From Octopus sinensis (Eukaryota), in contig NC_043002.1 in the NCBI RefSeq assembly GCF_006345805.1, forward strand, positions 103,912,001 through 103,976,000: 64,000 nucleotides of DNA. The letters are read 5' to 3'. The notes under the pieces are model-generated. The model was given only the letters and a program-made list of their open reading frames with translations. It made no database searches and was not told where the DNA came from. Positions 1-12,560 of the stretch are shown piece by piece (within the stretch, counting starts at the first letter, position 1; every line of letters begins with the position of its first letter). A program made the position numbers and the translations under genes.

Positions 1-2
1 TA

Positions 3-40
<38 letters not shown>

Positions 41-289
41 TATATAATATCTGAAAAAGTGCATGGTAAATAAACATGAGACATAATGTATACTGAGTGT
101 AAAACTAGACTGGAATCTTAGGTCCCTAATCTTTAATCAGCTTCGGAAGTGGCGCCGCCCGCAAAAATAATTCTTTTTACGGAGAATTCAGGGCCGACAG
201 CCAAAAATAAAAAAAAAGTGAGAGAGAGCATCAAAATGGTGCGTATATATGTTTGCCTTTATGTGTGTACTGTTGCTCTCTTCTGCTAT

Positions 290-1015
290 TAATTATTTGA
301 ATTCTTTCTCTGAAGCAGAACCGGTTTCTAAGTAAAGAAATTTAAAGCTCCTTCATTGGAATGTAAATAACAAAACCAATGTCCCCTTTTAAACTTGAGA
401 GGAATGTCTTGCATATTTTATTGTTCCGCTTGCGGATTCTATTTGTAACGTGCAATTTGGTTTATTTCTTTCTCTAAATACCCTGGCTTATCCACGTTGT
501 CACTTAGACATTTCTCACATATCTATGTATTTATGTATGTATGTGTGTTCGTGCATACGTACATACGTATGTATGAATGCATGAATGTATTTGCTCGAAT
601 CTATTATTTTACTCTGAGTGTTATTTAGGTTCTTCTTAAAAGAATTGAAGACGATGGCAAATAAAACGATTAGACATTTTGGGTTAAGAGAGATTTCTCG
701 GTATTTGTAAATATGTGACTGCGGTGTTGTTGGTTGAGCTTTCGGTGTATACACCGGAGTGCGTGCATTTTCTCACCTGATGGAGTATCTTTGAAATGTT
801 TACAAATGTTGAATCTGCCAGTAATTGCATTTGAAGAATCGGCGTCATTTTCTTTTACTCTTTCGTCGAAAGACCTAGTATTTCTGAGATTTTGTGTAAA
901 TTTCTTATTACATAATTTAATGCACCTCTCCCGATAGGTACAAATGAGGATTCATAGTCAGGGTACAAGAGGTGTAATATCCCGGATTAATTCGCCATAA
1001 ATGTTCTCTTTTTTT
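290..1015 (-). mobile_element. 3' fragment of RLE-type (R4-like) LINE, family B, decayed
   Basis: Minus strand reads KKENIYGELIR...(frameshifts)...LYPDY.F.FVPI, matching the EKENVYTELL...LLYPD...FMPVIIGALG segment at 63090-63190; 300-380 resembles the 3' UTR at 63490-63580. Confidence 0.6.
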
Positions 1016-1325
1016 ATGTATGTCATTATTCAGTTTATTTCAAAATTGCTTGCCAATAGAGAAAGAATAGTTTTCTAGCCTACATCCAAGGCGCCTTCAT
1101 TGGAATATTAACATCAACAACATTGTATTTTGTATGTATGTTTTATAAACGTACTCTCAGACAAATAGTTACATATCTAGACATACCCGTATGTAAAGGA
1201 TAAACGTCTGGAAAGTTTTACATATTTTTAGAGTTACAGTGATGGATCGGATCTATAGACTTCGAATTAAACTTTCTCCTTTCTGGTTTTGAGAAGGTCA
1301 ATTTCTCAAGATTAGTAATGCGTGC
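1016..1325 (-). mobile_element. 3' end/UTR of RLE LINE family B, head-to-tail with the previous copy
   Basis: Reverse complement aligns by eye to 63220-63590 and 62525-62645; flanked on both sides by (TATG)n. Confidence 0.7.
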
Positions 1326-1345
1326 GTTGTGTAGGTATGTATGTA

Positions 1346-1346
1346 T

Positions 1347-1438
<92 letters not shown>

Positions 1439-1450
1439 GATATTATATAT

Positions 1451-1496
<46 letters not shown>

Positions 1497-1520
1497 ATAT
1501 ATATATTATATATATTATTA
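1346..1520. repeat. (TA)n microsatellite; one of many (also ~13015, 13950, 24145, 26760, 37250, 42970, 44680, 60340)
   Basis: Directly visible dinucleotide runs. Confidence 0.95.
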
Positions 1521-2675
1521 TAGGTGTGTTGTGTGTGTGTGGTGTATGTATGTCTGTATGTATATATGGAATCTCTGTAAATGCGTTTATGGTGGCTGTG
1601 AGTATGCATGTGTGCGTGTGTATGTATGTGCATGTATGCATGTATGGATGAATGTATGCACATTTGATATACAGAATTCAAGAATATAATATTTCACCGT
1701 AAATGAAACTCGACATGACAGTCTAAACACTTAAAGTCCGTGCCCTTACAATGTGACAGTACTAAAAGTAACGTTTATAAATATAGTTCCTTAGATTTTT
1801 GCATATATTCTCTATTCAAAACTTTATTGACCAACTTATGCATTTGTAAAACCATGATTTGGATGGGGAACACTAGTCCAAGATAATTCCGTATGGGTTT
1901 TTACCAAGAAACAAGCGACTTCGAAGGAAAGTTCTTAGAAGCACATTCCTGTTTTTTGCAAACGAGGGCGACTTTTTCAGTTGTACGAAATATGCTGTAA
2001 ACTATTCTAACCTGACAGGAAAAACAAATACCAGAGATGCTTTGCCTCACGCAGAAATTGTAAGAACTATTTAAAGATAATTTAGTAAAGAAAACCTTCA
2101 CCATGTTGGCAGTATTCGTGTATCATCAGCAGGTATCACAGGATCCAGAGTATTTTTTTCGTGTAATCAATGTTTTCTGAAGGTAAGAGTGAAGACAGAC
2201 AGGAATTTCGCCAGTAGAATGTACCACCTGTAATCTCTTGTAAATTAGTCGAACATGAATTGGTCTCAGCTACCACATCTCTCTCTTCACTAGCTTTAGA
2301 TATTTGGGTTCCAAACCGGTCCTGTCTAGGAAATATCTCACTGACTTAGCGGAAAAGCCGGGGCAACGGATTGTCGAAAAAGAATGAGGCGAACGGCCAT
2401 TCTGTGACGAGTGTTTTATAAACAAAGTCCCGATATTTGCCGTAATACGCTTCATAAAATATGTGAAGTTTGTCCCCTGAAGGGACGGCAATTTCAGTCG
2501 TAATGTTTGGTTTTCCACTTCCAGATATTAGGAACACGACTATTTGGAATGATGCTAACCCCTAGCTTTTCTGGAAAGTCTAGTCTATTCCCTGATAAAT
2601 CCACTTACATCTCCCATTCTATGGCTTAATGTTAAGAAAGAAAACGTTTTCCACCCATAACAGCTTTATTTGACA

Positions 2676-3051
2676 CTAGCAGTATAGCCCGACGTTGCTC
2701 GGGGTGTAAGGGAGCATTTTTAAAGATATAATAGCCATCTCAATATGGCTAACCACAAAGGGGGGGGTTGTTACTGTAGCTTTTTACGTTCTGAGATTTA
2801 ATAATAAATTTTTAGAGAGTTACTTCCCTTATATATGCCAAAAATGTATTAAAAATGGGAAAAATTGATGGTAATTTTTTTTAAAATCGTAGACTCATCG
2901 TAGACGCGCGCTAATACACAGAAGGGCTCGATATGAAACACGACTATAAGATACCCGGTTTTGGTTAAACTGCACCGCAAAATGTGGGAGTAGTTAGGAA
3001 TCTAAATCGTAGGAGACAGACAGCACACAACCTTACTTTTATATATAAAGA
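2676..3051 (-). mobile_element. Non-autonomous Helitron
   Basis: Minus strand: A|TC 5' end (3051-3050), CTAG|T 3' end (2679-2676), subterminal hairpin CCCGA-cgttgc-TCGGG at 2688-2703. Its 5' end (TCTTTATATATAAAA...CTGTCTGT) is shared with 60948-62115. Confidence 0.8.
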
Positions 3052-3547
3052 TTTGGAGACTTCTCACCTTTTTATGGCAATCTGATACACATCGGTGACA
3101 ATATCTTTTGTTTCATTTAACTCATATACTAAATGTTTCATTTAACTCATATACTAAATGCAATGTATCCTTTTCGTGTTCGTTCTACTTGCTAGATAAA
3201 GCAGTTAAAAGACCATCAGGTTACATCCAACCGTCTTGGCAAAAATGAATGAATATCTTAAAGAACATGACATGATGATCACGGCTGGAACGCCTTTAAT
3301 AGTGAAATTATTCCCTTTTGTGATGATATAACTTTGAAACGTAAACAGGTAAAGCCTGAGAGAGGTGGGGGTCCAGGTGATTAGTTGATTTGTTAGGAAT
3401 CGCTAGTCAAATACTTTCAGATCATTTTCTACTGTTCTACAGAAAGAAATAGAAATTAAGCAGCGGTATGCTTATGTCAAAAGACAGGACGATCACTTCT
3501 GGAGCGTCTCTGATCAGGTGTCTCCATAGTGATAGTTTATGTACGGC

Positions 3548-3585
<38 letters not shown>

Positions 3586-4889
3586 AAAAGCATTCTGAGA
3601 TGAAAGTAGTTGGTAAAAATAATGTTGTTCTGCCTTCTAACTTTCTTTCTTCTTTGGCTAATAGCAATCACGTGCCTTCTCTCTCTTCCTATCTCTCTCT
3701 ATATATATATTTCCATCTCTTTCTCTCTCTCTCTCTCTTCCTTCTTCTATCCTCCCCTACCCCTCTCTTTCTCTCTTCCTCTAAACTGCTTTTTATTTCG
3801 GGATACTATTGATCTCACCGGAAATTATCGATTTTTATAGATACATTTTTTCATCTTCCACAAACTTGTGGGAGGAATAATATAATGCAGTTTTAATATG
3901 AGTAGAAGCATGCTCACCTCAACGAGGAAGCATATTATTGCTATATTGAAACGTATCTGTGGAATTGTTCCATAATTAGCCTTATTAAATAAAAGGAAAA
4001 TTTGGCAAAGATTCTGGAGGTGGGAATCGTTAGACATATTCTCCTTTCAGGAAAAATAGCTTTTGGAGCATTTTATTTCTAGCTATCGATGGATTAATGC
4101 CGAATGATGCGACATTTTAGCCTTGTTTACCTCATTTCCTCTCCATTTATATATTTATGAATCAGATTTTGGTATCGCGGAGTAATAAAGAACGCATTCC
4201 GTTAACATGGTGCGCGGTTCAATCTCACCACGTGATGTCCTTTTTCGAATGTCTGCTTCTGCACTGACCAAATATTTTAAATAAAATTTTATAGAAAGGA
4301 TCAGAGCGTCAGCTCCTCGTATACATGCACACACAGGCGCACACATACACACACACACTCACTCACACACACACACACACACGTGTGTGTGTGGATGTGT
4401 GTTACGATTTCATATTACAGAACTAAGTACCTAAACACATAGTGTCCACGCTAGTGATGTAGTGAAATAAAAGAAAGTGGATCTCTTGACGGACTACTTC
4501 ATACTTTGTTGTTGAACACTCCTCAGAGAACCCGTCCCCGCTCAGTATGTTTGACGTTCATAAATTGTTTCCTATAATTGTTAGGAAAACTCTGTTTAAA
4601 AATAATCATTTTATTAGTTCTGAAATAGTATATTTCGTGAAGCATTGAGTTGAGTTCAAGTTGTTTTACCTAATTCACGAAGATTCACGAATGTTGCATA
4701 TTTTCCTATAATCCGTGATTTTCTATATTCGTGAAAGTATGCTGTTAAAATGTGAAATCAAGGAAATTACGCTATTGTCACCGTCTTGTTGGCTCTGTGA
4801 TTCAGGAACTTCATTTAGCAAAATATCTGGAAGGATCTATATCAACGGTATTATCATTCTAAATCGTTTTTCCGGTTTTGAATTTTGTG

Positions 4890-5330
4890 ACCCTCTACAC
4901 ATACCCCACGCGTTCAGGAGTCATGTTTTCTAAGTCTCTCTGGTTCACTCTGCAATGTGCTACATGCATACAACCAGCCAAGTTTTTTTGGGTTTCCTGT
5001 CCATTCTTTGATGTCTTCGGACCACCAACGTCTTCCATGGTCTTTTGTTCTCTTCCATCCTGTCAATATGGTCTTAAACCATATTGTGGACTTGATTCTC
5101 AAACAATAAGTGTCTTTGGATTTTCAGTTCTCCTAGTACTGCAGCTCTTGTTACCCTGTCTTTCTAGCTTAATCTCTCCACTCTGCCACACGTTTACGTC
5201 TATTTCGTTTTGTTCTCTACATTGTCCAAGTTTCTGCTCCGTCGAAGATTAGTGACATAATAGAACAGTTTACTCGCATCAGTCTTAGTTGTACTGTTAC
5301 GTCTTTTGAGGGAGGAGATCTTTCTTTAAC
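4890..5330 (-). mobile_element. RTE-clade LINE 3' fragment, decayed
   Basis: KTILTG...GRRWWSEDIKEWTG resembles the RTE C-terminal KTILQG..G.R.RGRP...W.DDIKEWTG motif. Confidence 0.7.
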
Positions 5331-5751
5331 CTTATCAATTATTCTTTTAGCCGCTTTTTATTATTTGAGCAACTCCTTCGGGGAGACGCTCCTGATTTAT
5401 TATTGGCCCTAAATACTGAAAAATACAAATAAATTTACACAACAAAATCTGCTATGTGATTAGTATTGATATATAATGATAATGAATAGTATGAAGGGAA
5501 CTTTATAATATTATACAGCCAAACAATTAGTAGGAAATATTCAGTTTATGTCTTTGGAAAACTGATGACTTTGCATTTTAACAAAGAGAGTTATTGGTGT
5601 CATATAATGAGTTACGTCGTTAAACCGATTAGGGAACTTTATTTTACAATATCTTTACTGTTTCTACGTCTACGGATATTGTAGCTAATGAGGGGATGAT
5701 GTAACTCCTGTTCGTTTGTCATCCATTTAAATACATATGTATATATATATA

Positions 5752-5791
<40 letters not shown>

Positions 5792-5842
5792 ATAATATGA
5801 ATTAGAGGTAAAACCACTATTATGCAAATCAACAGTGAGAGA

Positions 5843-5942
5843 NNNNNNNNNNNNNNNNNNNNNNNNNNNNNNNNNNNNNNNNNNNNNNNNNNNNNNNNNN
5901 NNNNNNNNNNNNNNNNNNNNNNNNNNNNNNNNNNNNNNNNNN
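5843..5942. other. Assembly gap (100 N)
   Basis: Run of N. Confidence 1.
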
Positions 5943-6919
5943 CGATTTATCTGACGAAAATGATTCCAAGGCGCTGCCCCAGCATGGTCGTGTTTTACTA
6001 AGTGAAACAAATTTAAGAGTAAACTATATTGCAAAGTTTTATTTCCCGGTAATGCATCGGAAACGCCACCAGATATCATTGGTCTCATACATTATCCTGT
6101 TATAATCGTATCACGTGTCCCATTGTATGCTGTATCGCACGGCTAATTCAATAATGACTATCATTAACACGACACTATTGAATTACAAGCTGAAATATTT
6201 AAATAACATTAAACTTCCCTATTACATTTCATTAATTAATTAACTGTAATTAAATAATTGGCTCAGATATGACATGGTTTGTAACAATCTGAATTTATTC
6301 CAAATGAAACATCACTATACCGTATTAATGATAAAATAGCTGACACACCATAGTGATGTGTGTAAGTATGTGTGTTTATACACTCACACAGACACACAGA
6401 CAAACACACACATTGGATTGCTGATTTAGATGTTAGGAAACACCGAATCCTGGCATTATAAGAAGCTTTAGTTTTAACTCGTTAAAGAGTTTAACCTCAG
6501 CTGACTTAGAACCAGGTTTTGACTAATTAAGTGTCGTTGTTACTGGCAATCTGAAATAAATGATGCCAAAATCCCAATGTTTGATAGGTTCTAAGACTTT
6601 TCTTTCCATTGTGTATTCAAACGCGAAAGGGCAGTTCCTAAAATAATTGTACAAGCTCCTCGAAAATTGTAGGAGCCGAAGTGAGGATCATTTCATAGTT
6701 TAGATATTTGCATAGGCCTTAATTTTAGCAACGTTCACAGGACCAGGCCTGGCTATTTTGTAAGAAGTTTGCTTCGAAATCACATGTTTCCGGGTTCAGT
6801 CCCACTGCATAGCACCAAATATATTCTAGGACTTCCAGGAATACTGATCAGCTAAACCTCTGCATCTCCTGTCGATGCGAGTACACTTTGCTTATCATTC
6901 ATTGTTTTCACATAATTGC

Positions 6920-7118
6920 AACATTATTTACATTATTTACATTTGATGGATATTTGTCCTCATCTTTGTTGTTAACACAACGTTTCGACTGATATATCCT
7001 CCAGCCTTCATCAGGTGTCTTGGGGAAATTTCGAAACTGGGTTCTCATTCCAAACGTATTTTTCTATGTTGTTATTATGATTATTATTATTATCATCATT
7101 ATTATTATTATTATTATT
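6920..7118 (-). mobile_element. Hammerhead-bearing short element family A (tail plus (AAT)n spacer)
   Basis: Reverse complement of 8890-9030 with few differences; continues into an (ATT)n tract. Confidence 0.85.
6974..7019 (-). ncRNA. Minimal type I hammerhead ribozyme motif, core intact
   Basis: Minus: GACAC-CUGAUGA-a-GGCUG-loop-CAGUC-GAAAC-GUU^GUGUU. Stems I and II pair; stem III is the loopless palindrome ACGU. Confidence 0.75.
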
Positions 7119-7648
7119 GAGTGAGAGAGCAGTTCATGCCATCAAAGTGACACTGGGGTAAAATATACGAAGCCCAATATACCCATCATGACTACCCGTC
7201 TGATAAGGGTACACAAGGCACATGCATCACAACCATATGTGCGCGACATGGTGATCTCATATCAAGATAAACAGCACTGACCTTGCAGGTGGGGCCAGTT
7301 AGAATTTTCTTCAGGTGAGTAGCCCATCCCGCTCAAACGGTCCCTGAATAAGGGTGTTTACGGATGTTGAAATAACCACCCATGTTTCCAGAGGTGAATT
7401 ATTCAAAACACCAAAGAATCCCTCTCAACACATGGCTTTGATGCTCCCTCACTACTTCTGCTCGTGATCAGAGATGCACATATTGTCAGCCACTAAGGAC
7501 ATGCTCAACTGGTTAAGGTCAAACAACTGACAAGCAAATCTGGTATTGAGCAGAATATTTGCTGTAGCCCATCTTTTATACCAAGACAAAACAATGACAT
7601 GATAACACTTCCAATCAGTTAAGATCAGAAGCCATGAGAGCACTGCCT
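7119..7648. mobile_element. Unclassified ~530-bp insertion inside an (ATT)n tract
   Basis: Complex, non-coding-looking sequence with abrupt (ATT)n borders on both sides. Confidence 0.5.
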
Positions 7649-7715
7649 ATTATTATTATTTTATTATTATTATTATATTATTATTTTATTATTATTATAT
7701 TATTATTATTATTAC

Positions 7716-8576
7716 TTTTTGTTTTCTTCTTTCAAATTTTCTTCCATTTCTTGCCGAGTGTCTTCCCGACTCCTAGGGCAAAGAAACTCATAGTATATAT
7801 TGGTAGGCCATTAAACCAACTCAGTAGTTCGTTCATTTTTTTTTTTTTTTTTTAAAGTTAAATTAAAATACATGAGCAGAACAGTTCTCACATCGACAAT
7901 GCTCTTCTCAAATAGTGTGATGTACCAGTTAGACAATCTTTTGCACTCTTGCAGGGATGGTAAGCCGGATCATTCTCATATAATTTTCGGTTCCCTTCTT
8001 GATCATTCCTAGTGCTCCTACGATCACTGGTATTGTAACCGCCTGAGATGCCACATTTTCTCAATTTCAATGAGTAGGTCTTTATATTTTCTGAGCTTGT
8101 CAAACTCTTTCGCGAGATATCTGATCACAGGGGATGCTCATGTCAATCAATAAGCAAACGTTATTGTTTTGGTCTTTCACAACATATCTGGTTATGGCTT
8201 GATGGTTCGGTCTGTATGTACTGGAAAGTCCCACAGAATGGTTACATTTTTCTCTTCAGTTACAGCTCAGGGTGGCGATATACCATTGTCGGCAGTTTTG
8301 ATATTGTAATGCCGACTTATTAGCCAGTGGAGATATTGGCCAACTCTGTCATGTCTTAATTTATACTCCACTGGTGCTAAGACTTTACATCCAGAGATTA
8401 GGTGGTCCACTGTTTCAATCATGTCGTTGCAGAATCGGCATTTTGGGTCTGCTCCATTTTTCATCACATTGGCCTGGTAGTTCCGGGTTAATAGGCTTTG
8501 GTCTTGAGCAGCCAGGATGAAACCTTCGCTCTCTGCTTTTAGCCCTGAGCTCCGCAGCCACTGATGGGTTTGCTTC

Positions 8577-8578
<2 letters not shown>
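7716..8578 (-). mobile_element. R4/Dong-clade LINE, 5'-truncated, inserted in (TAA)n
   Basis: Across frameshifts: QWLRSSGLKAESEGFILAAQDQSLLTRNYQANVMKNGADPKCRFCNDMIETVDHLISGC (CCHC knuckle), RHDRV, ILWDFPVHTDR, PD..., LLIDMSIP, KYKDL, IPVIVGALG (RLE endonuclease); (TAA)n on both sides. Confidence 0.92.
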
Positions 8579-8607
<29 letters not shown>

Positions 8608-8639
8608 GTTATTATTATTATTATCATTACTATGCCCAC

Positions 8640-8710
8640 GGGCATATGGCGTAGTGGTTAAGAGCCCAGGCTACTAAACCATAGACTCCGAGTTGGATTC
8701 CAAGCAGTGA

Positions 8711-8769
<59 letters not shown>

Positions 8770-8828
8770 TATAATAATATAATAATAATAAAATAATCAT
8801 GATAATAATAATAATAATAATATAATAC

Positions 8829-8879
<51 letters not shown>

Positions 8880-9058
8880 CAACAACAACAACATCGGAAT
8901 GAGAACACAGGTTCGAAATTTCCCAAGATACCTGATGAAGGCTGGAGGGTATATCAGCCGAAACGTTGCGTTAACAACAAACAAGATGAGGACAAATATC
9001 CGTCAAATGTAAGTAATGTAAATAATGTATATAATTCCTCATCTCTTAGATATAGAAG
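8640..9058 (+). mobile_element. Family A full composite: tRNA-like head + (AAT)n + hammerhead-containing tail (SINE-like)
   Basis: Head 8640-8714 has A-box TGGCGTAGTGG (8647) and B-box-like GAGTTGGATTC (8690); (AAT)n/(AAC)n runs ~8715-8892; tail has CTGATGA (8932), stem GGCTG/CAGCC and GAAAC-GTT (8960-8967). Confidence 0.8.
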
Positions 9059-9129
9059 TATAATTTCAACAGACCAGAATATAAGAATGTAAAAATATAT
9101 TAATAACCTTCTATAAAAGCAATTGCAGA

Positions 9130-10250
9130 ATAGGAGTAACATTTCATTAAAGGTCTGATCGTTCAAGTTGTTCATGGTGTTTGATTAATTCCTCCACAGT
9201 ACCTTTGCAAAATTACTCTGCAACAAAATCTTCATCACAAGTGAAGCATTTGTGCCCTCTCTTAACCGGATTCTGAAATCACTTTCTAACAATTTAGATG
9301 CGATTCGATGTACTCACTTCTTCACAGTCATTTTCACCTGAACTCGTGCCATGAAATCTCTTCTTTGAACCGATCATAAGGAAATTGGCGCAATACTATG
9401 GAAACAGAAGCCACTGATCCGACTAATTTGCCGATTGCCTCACTTCTTGCCAAAGATGTTTTCGTTCGCGTATTGTCTTTGAGAATGGAGATCGTTCTCA
9501 GGTTTTTGTCCGATTCCTTACCTTTGAATTATTTCTTTAACCTTTTTGCGTGCCTCAGTGAACCACTCGATTTTTACCACGCAACTATGTTCCAGAAAAT
9601 CAAGGAGAGTAAAGTCCTTGTCTTACTCCATAACAGATACTATCAGCCTTTTTGATGATCACTGCCTCTTGAAAATTTTAGGAATGGAAATGTTTGTTGA
9701 AGTCATTCTACGGACCGAGCCTTGTAACCTGGATGATAAAGACATAGTCACGTTTAATTTCATATAAATAAGCAGGACGAAAGTGCATCTTGAATTCCTT
9801 CAAAAACTTAAACGTTTGTCGGTTGCCGAAATACCTACATTGAATTACCTTTTGATAATTAATTCCGCAATGCATTGTGATTCTATATCTATTGTGTAAG
9901 CAAAATCACATACAATTATTCGAATATACGAATGAATAATTTCGGCCAGTCTTTGGTGATTCGTGTCTGCCATCGTAGCTGTTGGTCACTCGCAACGTGG
10001 TTTTAACTCAGTCTTCAAACTTTTTCGTGTGCCTATCGATCTCCTGAATGGTGCCATATCTGTAAACATATAACCTTTAGTAATGCGTGGCAGGAACAGT
10101 ACACAACCTTCATCGACAATTACTGACAGCATCACGATTCTTCTTGGACGATTCTTCTTTGCGTGCATTGACAAAGAGGAAGAAGAAATTACGTAAAGGA
10201 AGAATTATTCTACGAAGATGGAGAATTTGTAGAACTTGTGGCAGTAAATA
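9130..10250 (-). mobile_element. Highly decayed RTE-like LINE RT region
   Basis: Minus-strand motif remnants in LINE order: TKDW (~9950), YGVRQG..SP (~9605-9630), KVLWRN (~9190). Confidence 0.5.
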
Positions 10251-10318
10251 ATAATTTATGTCCACTTTTGCATGACGTTCAGTGGCAGCGTCGTGTGTGT
10301 ACATGATCAAACGAATGC

Positions 10319-10352
<34 letters not shown>

Positions 10353-10362
10353 GCATATATAT

Positions 10363-10403
<41 letters not shown>

Positions 10404-10600
10404 CATATATATCTATATCTATATACGTATGTATATATATATATGTATGGGTGGTGTGTGGTGTGTGTGTGTGTGTGTTCTATATATGTGAACACTGACA
10501 GAATTATAAGCCGAAAAAAATGTATATAAAGCATGTGAGTATTGTGTGTGTCTGAGTGTGTCTCTTGTTCTATGTATATATATATAATATAATATATATC

Positions 10601-10641
<41 letters not shown>

Positions 10642-11201
10642 CATATATATTAATTAAAATCTGAAGTAAATATATGAACAGCAGGACAAGAATAGAACAT
10701 CGACTATTTAGGGCAGTTGGGGAGAGCAGAAATCAGCGTTGTCAAGCAAGCGTTTTACAATAAAATATGAATAGATGAATATTATAGTACAGAGTATAGG
10801 TCAATAGAATAGCTTAAAGTTCACGTTATTAACAAGGAAACACAATACACATGATTATCTTAGAAAGTCTTCCTATTTAATTTCTACGATATACGGCAGA
10901 CTGGCAGTGTTTACTGGCGTATTGACGGGATGGGCAAATGCAAAGGGCATTTAAAGAGGAGAAACAAAGAAATGCTGACACATAAATTATAAACCGTAAA
11001 CACTTATACATACACATACGTATTTACATGAGCTTATATACCTACGTGTATCTATCTATTTATAAAAGGTATTGGTATTTAGGCTATTTAGAAAACCCAA
11101 AGTGTGGCAGTTAACGCTAAGTAAGTGCTGTGGAGAGATCGTAGTGGAACATTTGGTTCGAAAGTGATACGAATGAGGAGCTTAACGTGGGTTTTGTGTT
11201 A

Positions 11202-11240
<39 letters not shown>

Positions 11241-11395
11241 GCAATATTTTTTATGTGAAGTCGTGTGTTGAAACAGATATTGTTTATTTTCGGAATGGTC
11301 ATATTGCCAGTTTAGCCAATAAAACACAGCACTATATATTTGGTGTTATTTTGCTTCAGTGATATTTATTTTTACATTAATCTTAATCTTATTTC

Positions 11396-11440
11396 GGCCA
11401 GAGTTCTTTCGTCACACTCCTGTGACCGCATCAGTGGTCC
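11396..11440 (-). ncRNA. Hammerhead-like motif with variant core (CUGAUGC)
   Basis: Minus: GGACCA-CUGAUGC-g-GUCAC-aggagu-GUGAC-GAAA-gaac-UC^UGGCC; stem II perfect, stem I largely paired. Confidence 0.5.
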
Positions 11441-11647
11441 TTTGTTTTCTTCTTTCGTATTTGTGTCTCTCCTTACTATGTGTGTGTGTATGTATGTATA
11501 TATATATATATATATATACATAATATATATATATATATGTGTGTGTGTGGTGTGTGTGTGTGTGTGTGTGATAGAAAAAAAAAGAGATAACAACGCCAAG
11601 GCTGTGAGGAATTTTCAGGATTTTATAAGGAAATATATATAGATATA

Positions 11648-11695
11648 GTCTAACAGCTGTTTCTGGGATATTATAGATATTCCTTCATCAGAGAC
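11648..11695 (-). ncRNA. Minimal hammerhead motif, family B (Penelope-like terminal repeat fragment ~11575-11775)
   Basis: Minus: GUCU-CUGAUGA-a-GGAAUAU-cuaua-AUAUCCC-a-GAAAC-AGCU-GUU^AGAC with palindromic stem III ACAGCUGU. A partial oppositely oriented copy starts at 11747. Confidence 0.7.
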
Positions 11696-12196
11696 GATGC
11701 TAGATGGTTTAATAGAGATTAATATTGGAATTCCACAATAATTCCTCTGATGAAAGGATATATACACATATCCAAAATTATAATTGTCTATTGCTTTATA
11801 TCATTGGAACGCTTGTTTTATGGTGGAGTAACGACTGCAGAACATAGGGACGAACTCTGTTGAATAGCTTTCCCTGCACATTTCCCTGGACACTTTTCAG
11901 GTTGGCCATACGTTTCTTTAACTGCTGAATTTTTTTTTAAATGTGATATTTTCTTTGTTCCACTATGATATATTTCAAAGTTTTACACAGTCTATCAAAG
12001 AATAATTAAATAAATAAATTGCTCCAAGGGTTATTAATTTATTGGAGGCGCTGTATGAATGATAATTCTACATGTATACAAATTTGTACAAATTCATATC
12101 ATGTAAATGAGCTACTGGTGAAGAGCGAAGAAGTGATTTACATTGAAAATTAGTGAATGCACAACACCACAATATGTCAATATTCTCTTTTTATAA

Positions 12197-12560
12197 GGAC
12201 GACAAGCTGGCAGAAACATTAGAACGCCGGGCGAAATGCGTAGCCCTATTTCGTCTGCCGTTGCGTTCTGAGTTCAAATTCCGCCGAGGTCGACTTTGCC
12301 TTTCATCCTTTCGGGATCGATAAATAAAGTACCAGTTACGCACTGGGGTCGATATAATCTAATTAATCCGTTTGTCTGTCCTTGTTTGAGCTCTCTGTGT
12401 TTAGCCCCTTGTGGGTAGTAAAGGAATAGGTATTTCATCTGCCGTTCGTTCTGAGTTCAAATTCCGCCGAGGTCGACTTTGCCATGTATCCTTTCGGGGT
12501 CGATTAAATAAGTACCAGTTACGTACCTGGGTCGATCTCATCAACTGGCATCCCCCCAAA
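12197..12560 (+). mobile_element. tRNA-derived SINE (Meta/MESC-like central domain), ~1.5 tandem copies
   Basis: Contains GAGTTCAAATTCC B box and GCCTTTCATCCTTTCGGG.TCGATAAA..AGTACCAG domain; near-identical to 47792-48021; internal restart at ~12430. Confidence 0.85.

Noticed and set aside
1850-2640. Minus-strand frames with faint L1/Tx1-like resemblance (FLISGSGKPNI...FYEAYY)
   Set aside because: Only a loose motif match; needs a profile search.
5555-5600. CTGATGA followed by CTTTG/CAAAG stem
   Set aside because: No GAAA and no pairing stem I or III; not supportable as a hammerhead.
8640-8714. Genuine tRNA gene (also 35645-35720)
   Set aside because: Acceptor and T stems do not pair fully, there is no downstream T-run terminator, and each head continues into a repeat body.
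9300-9330. Minus-strand GAAGAA|GTGAGT donor and Tigger-like TISILK peptide nearby
   Set aside because: Better explained as chance matches inside the decayed RTE relic containing GVRQG.
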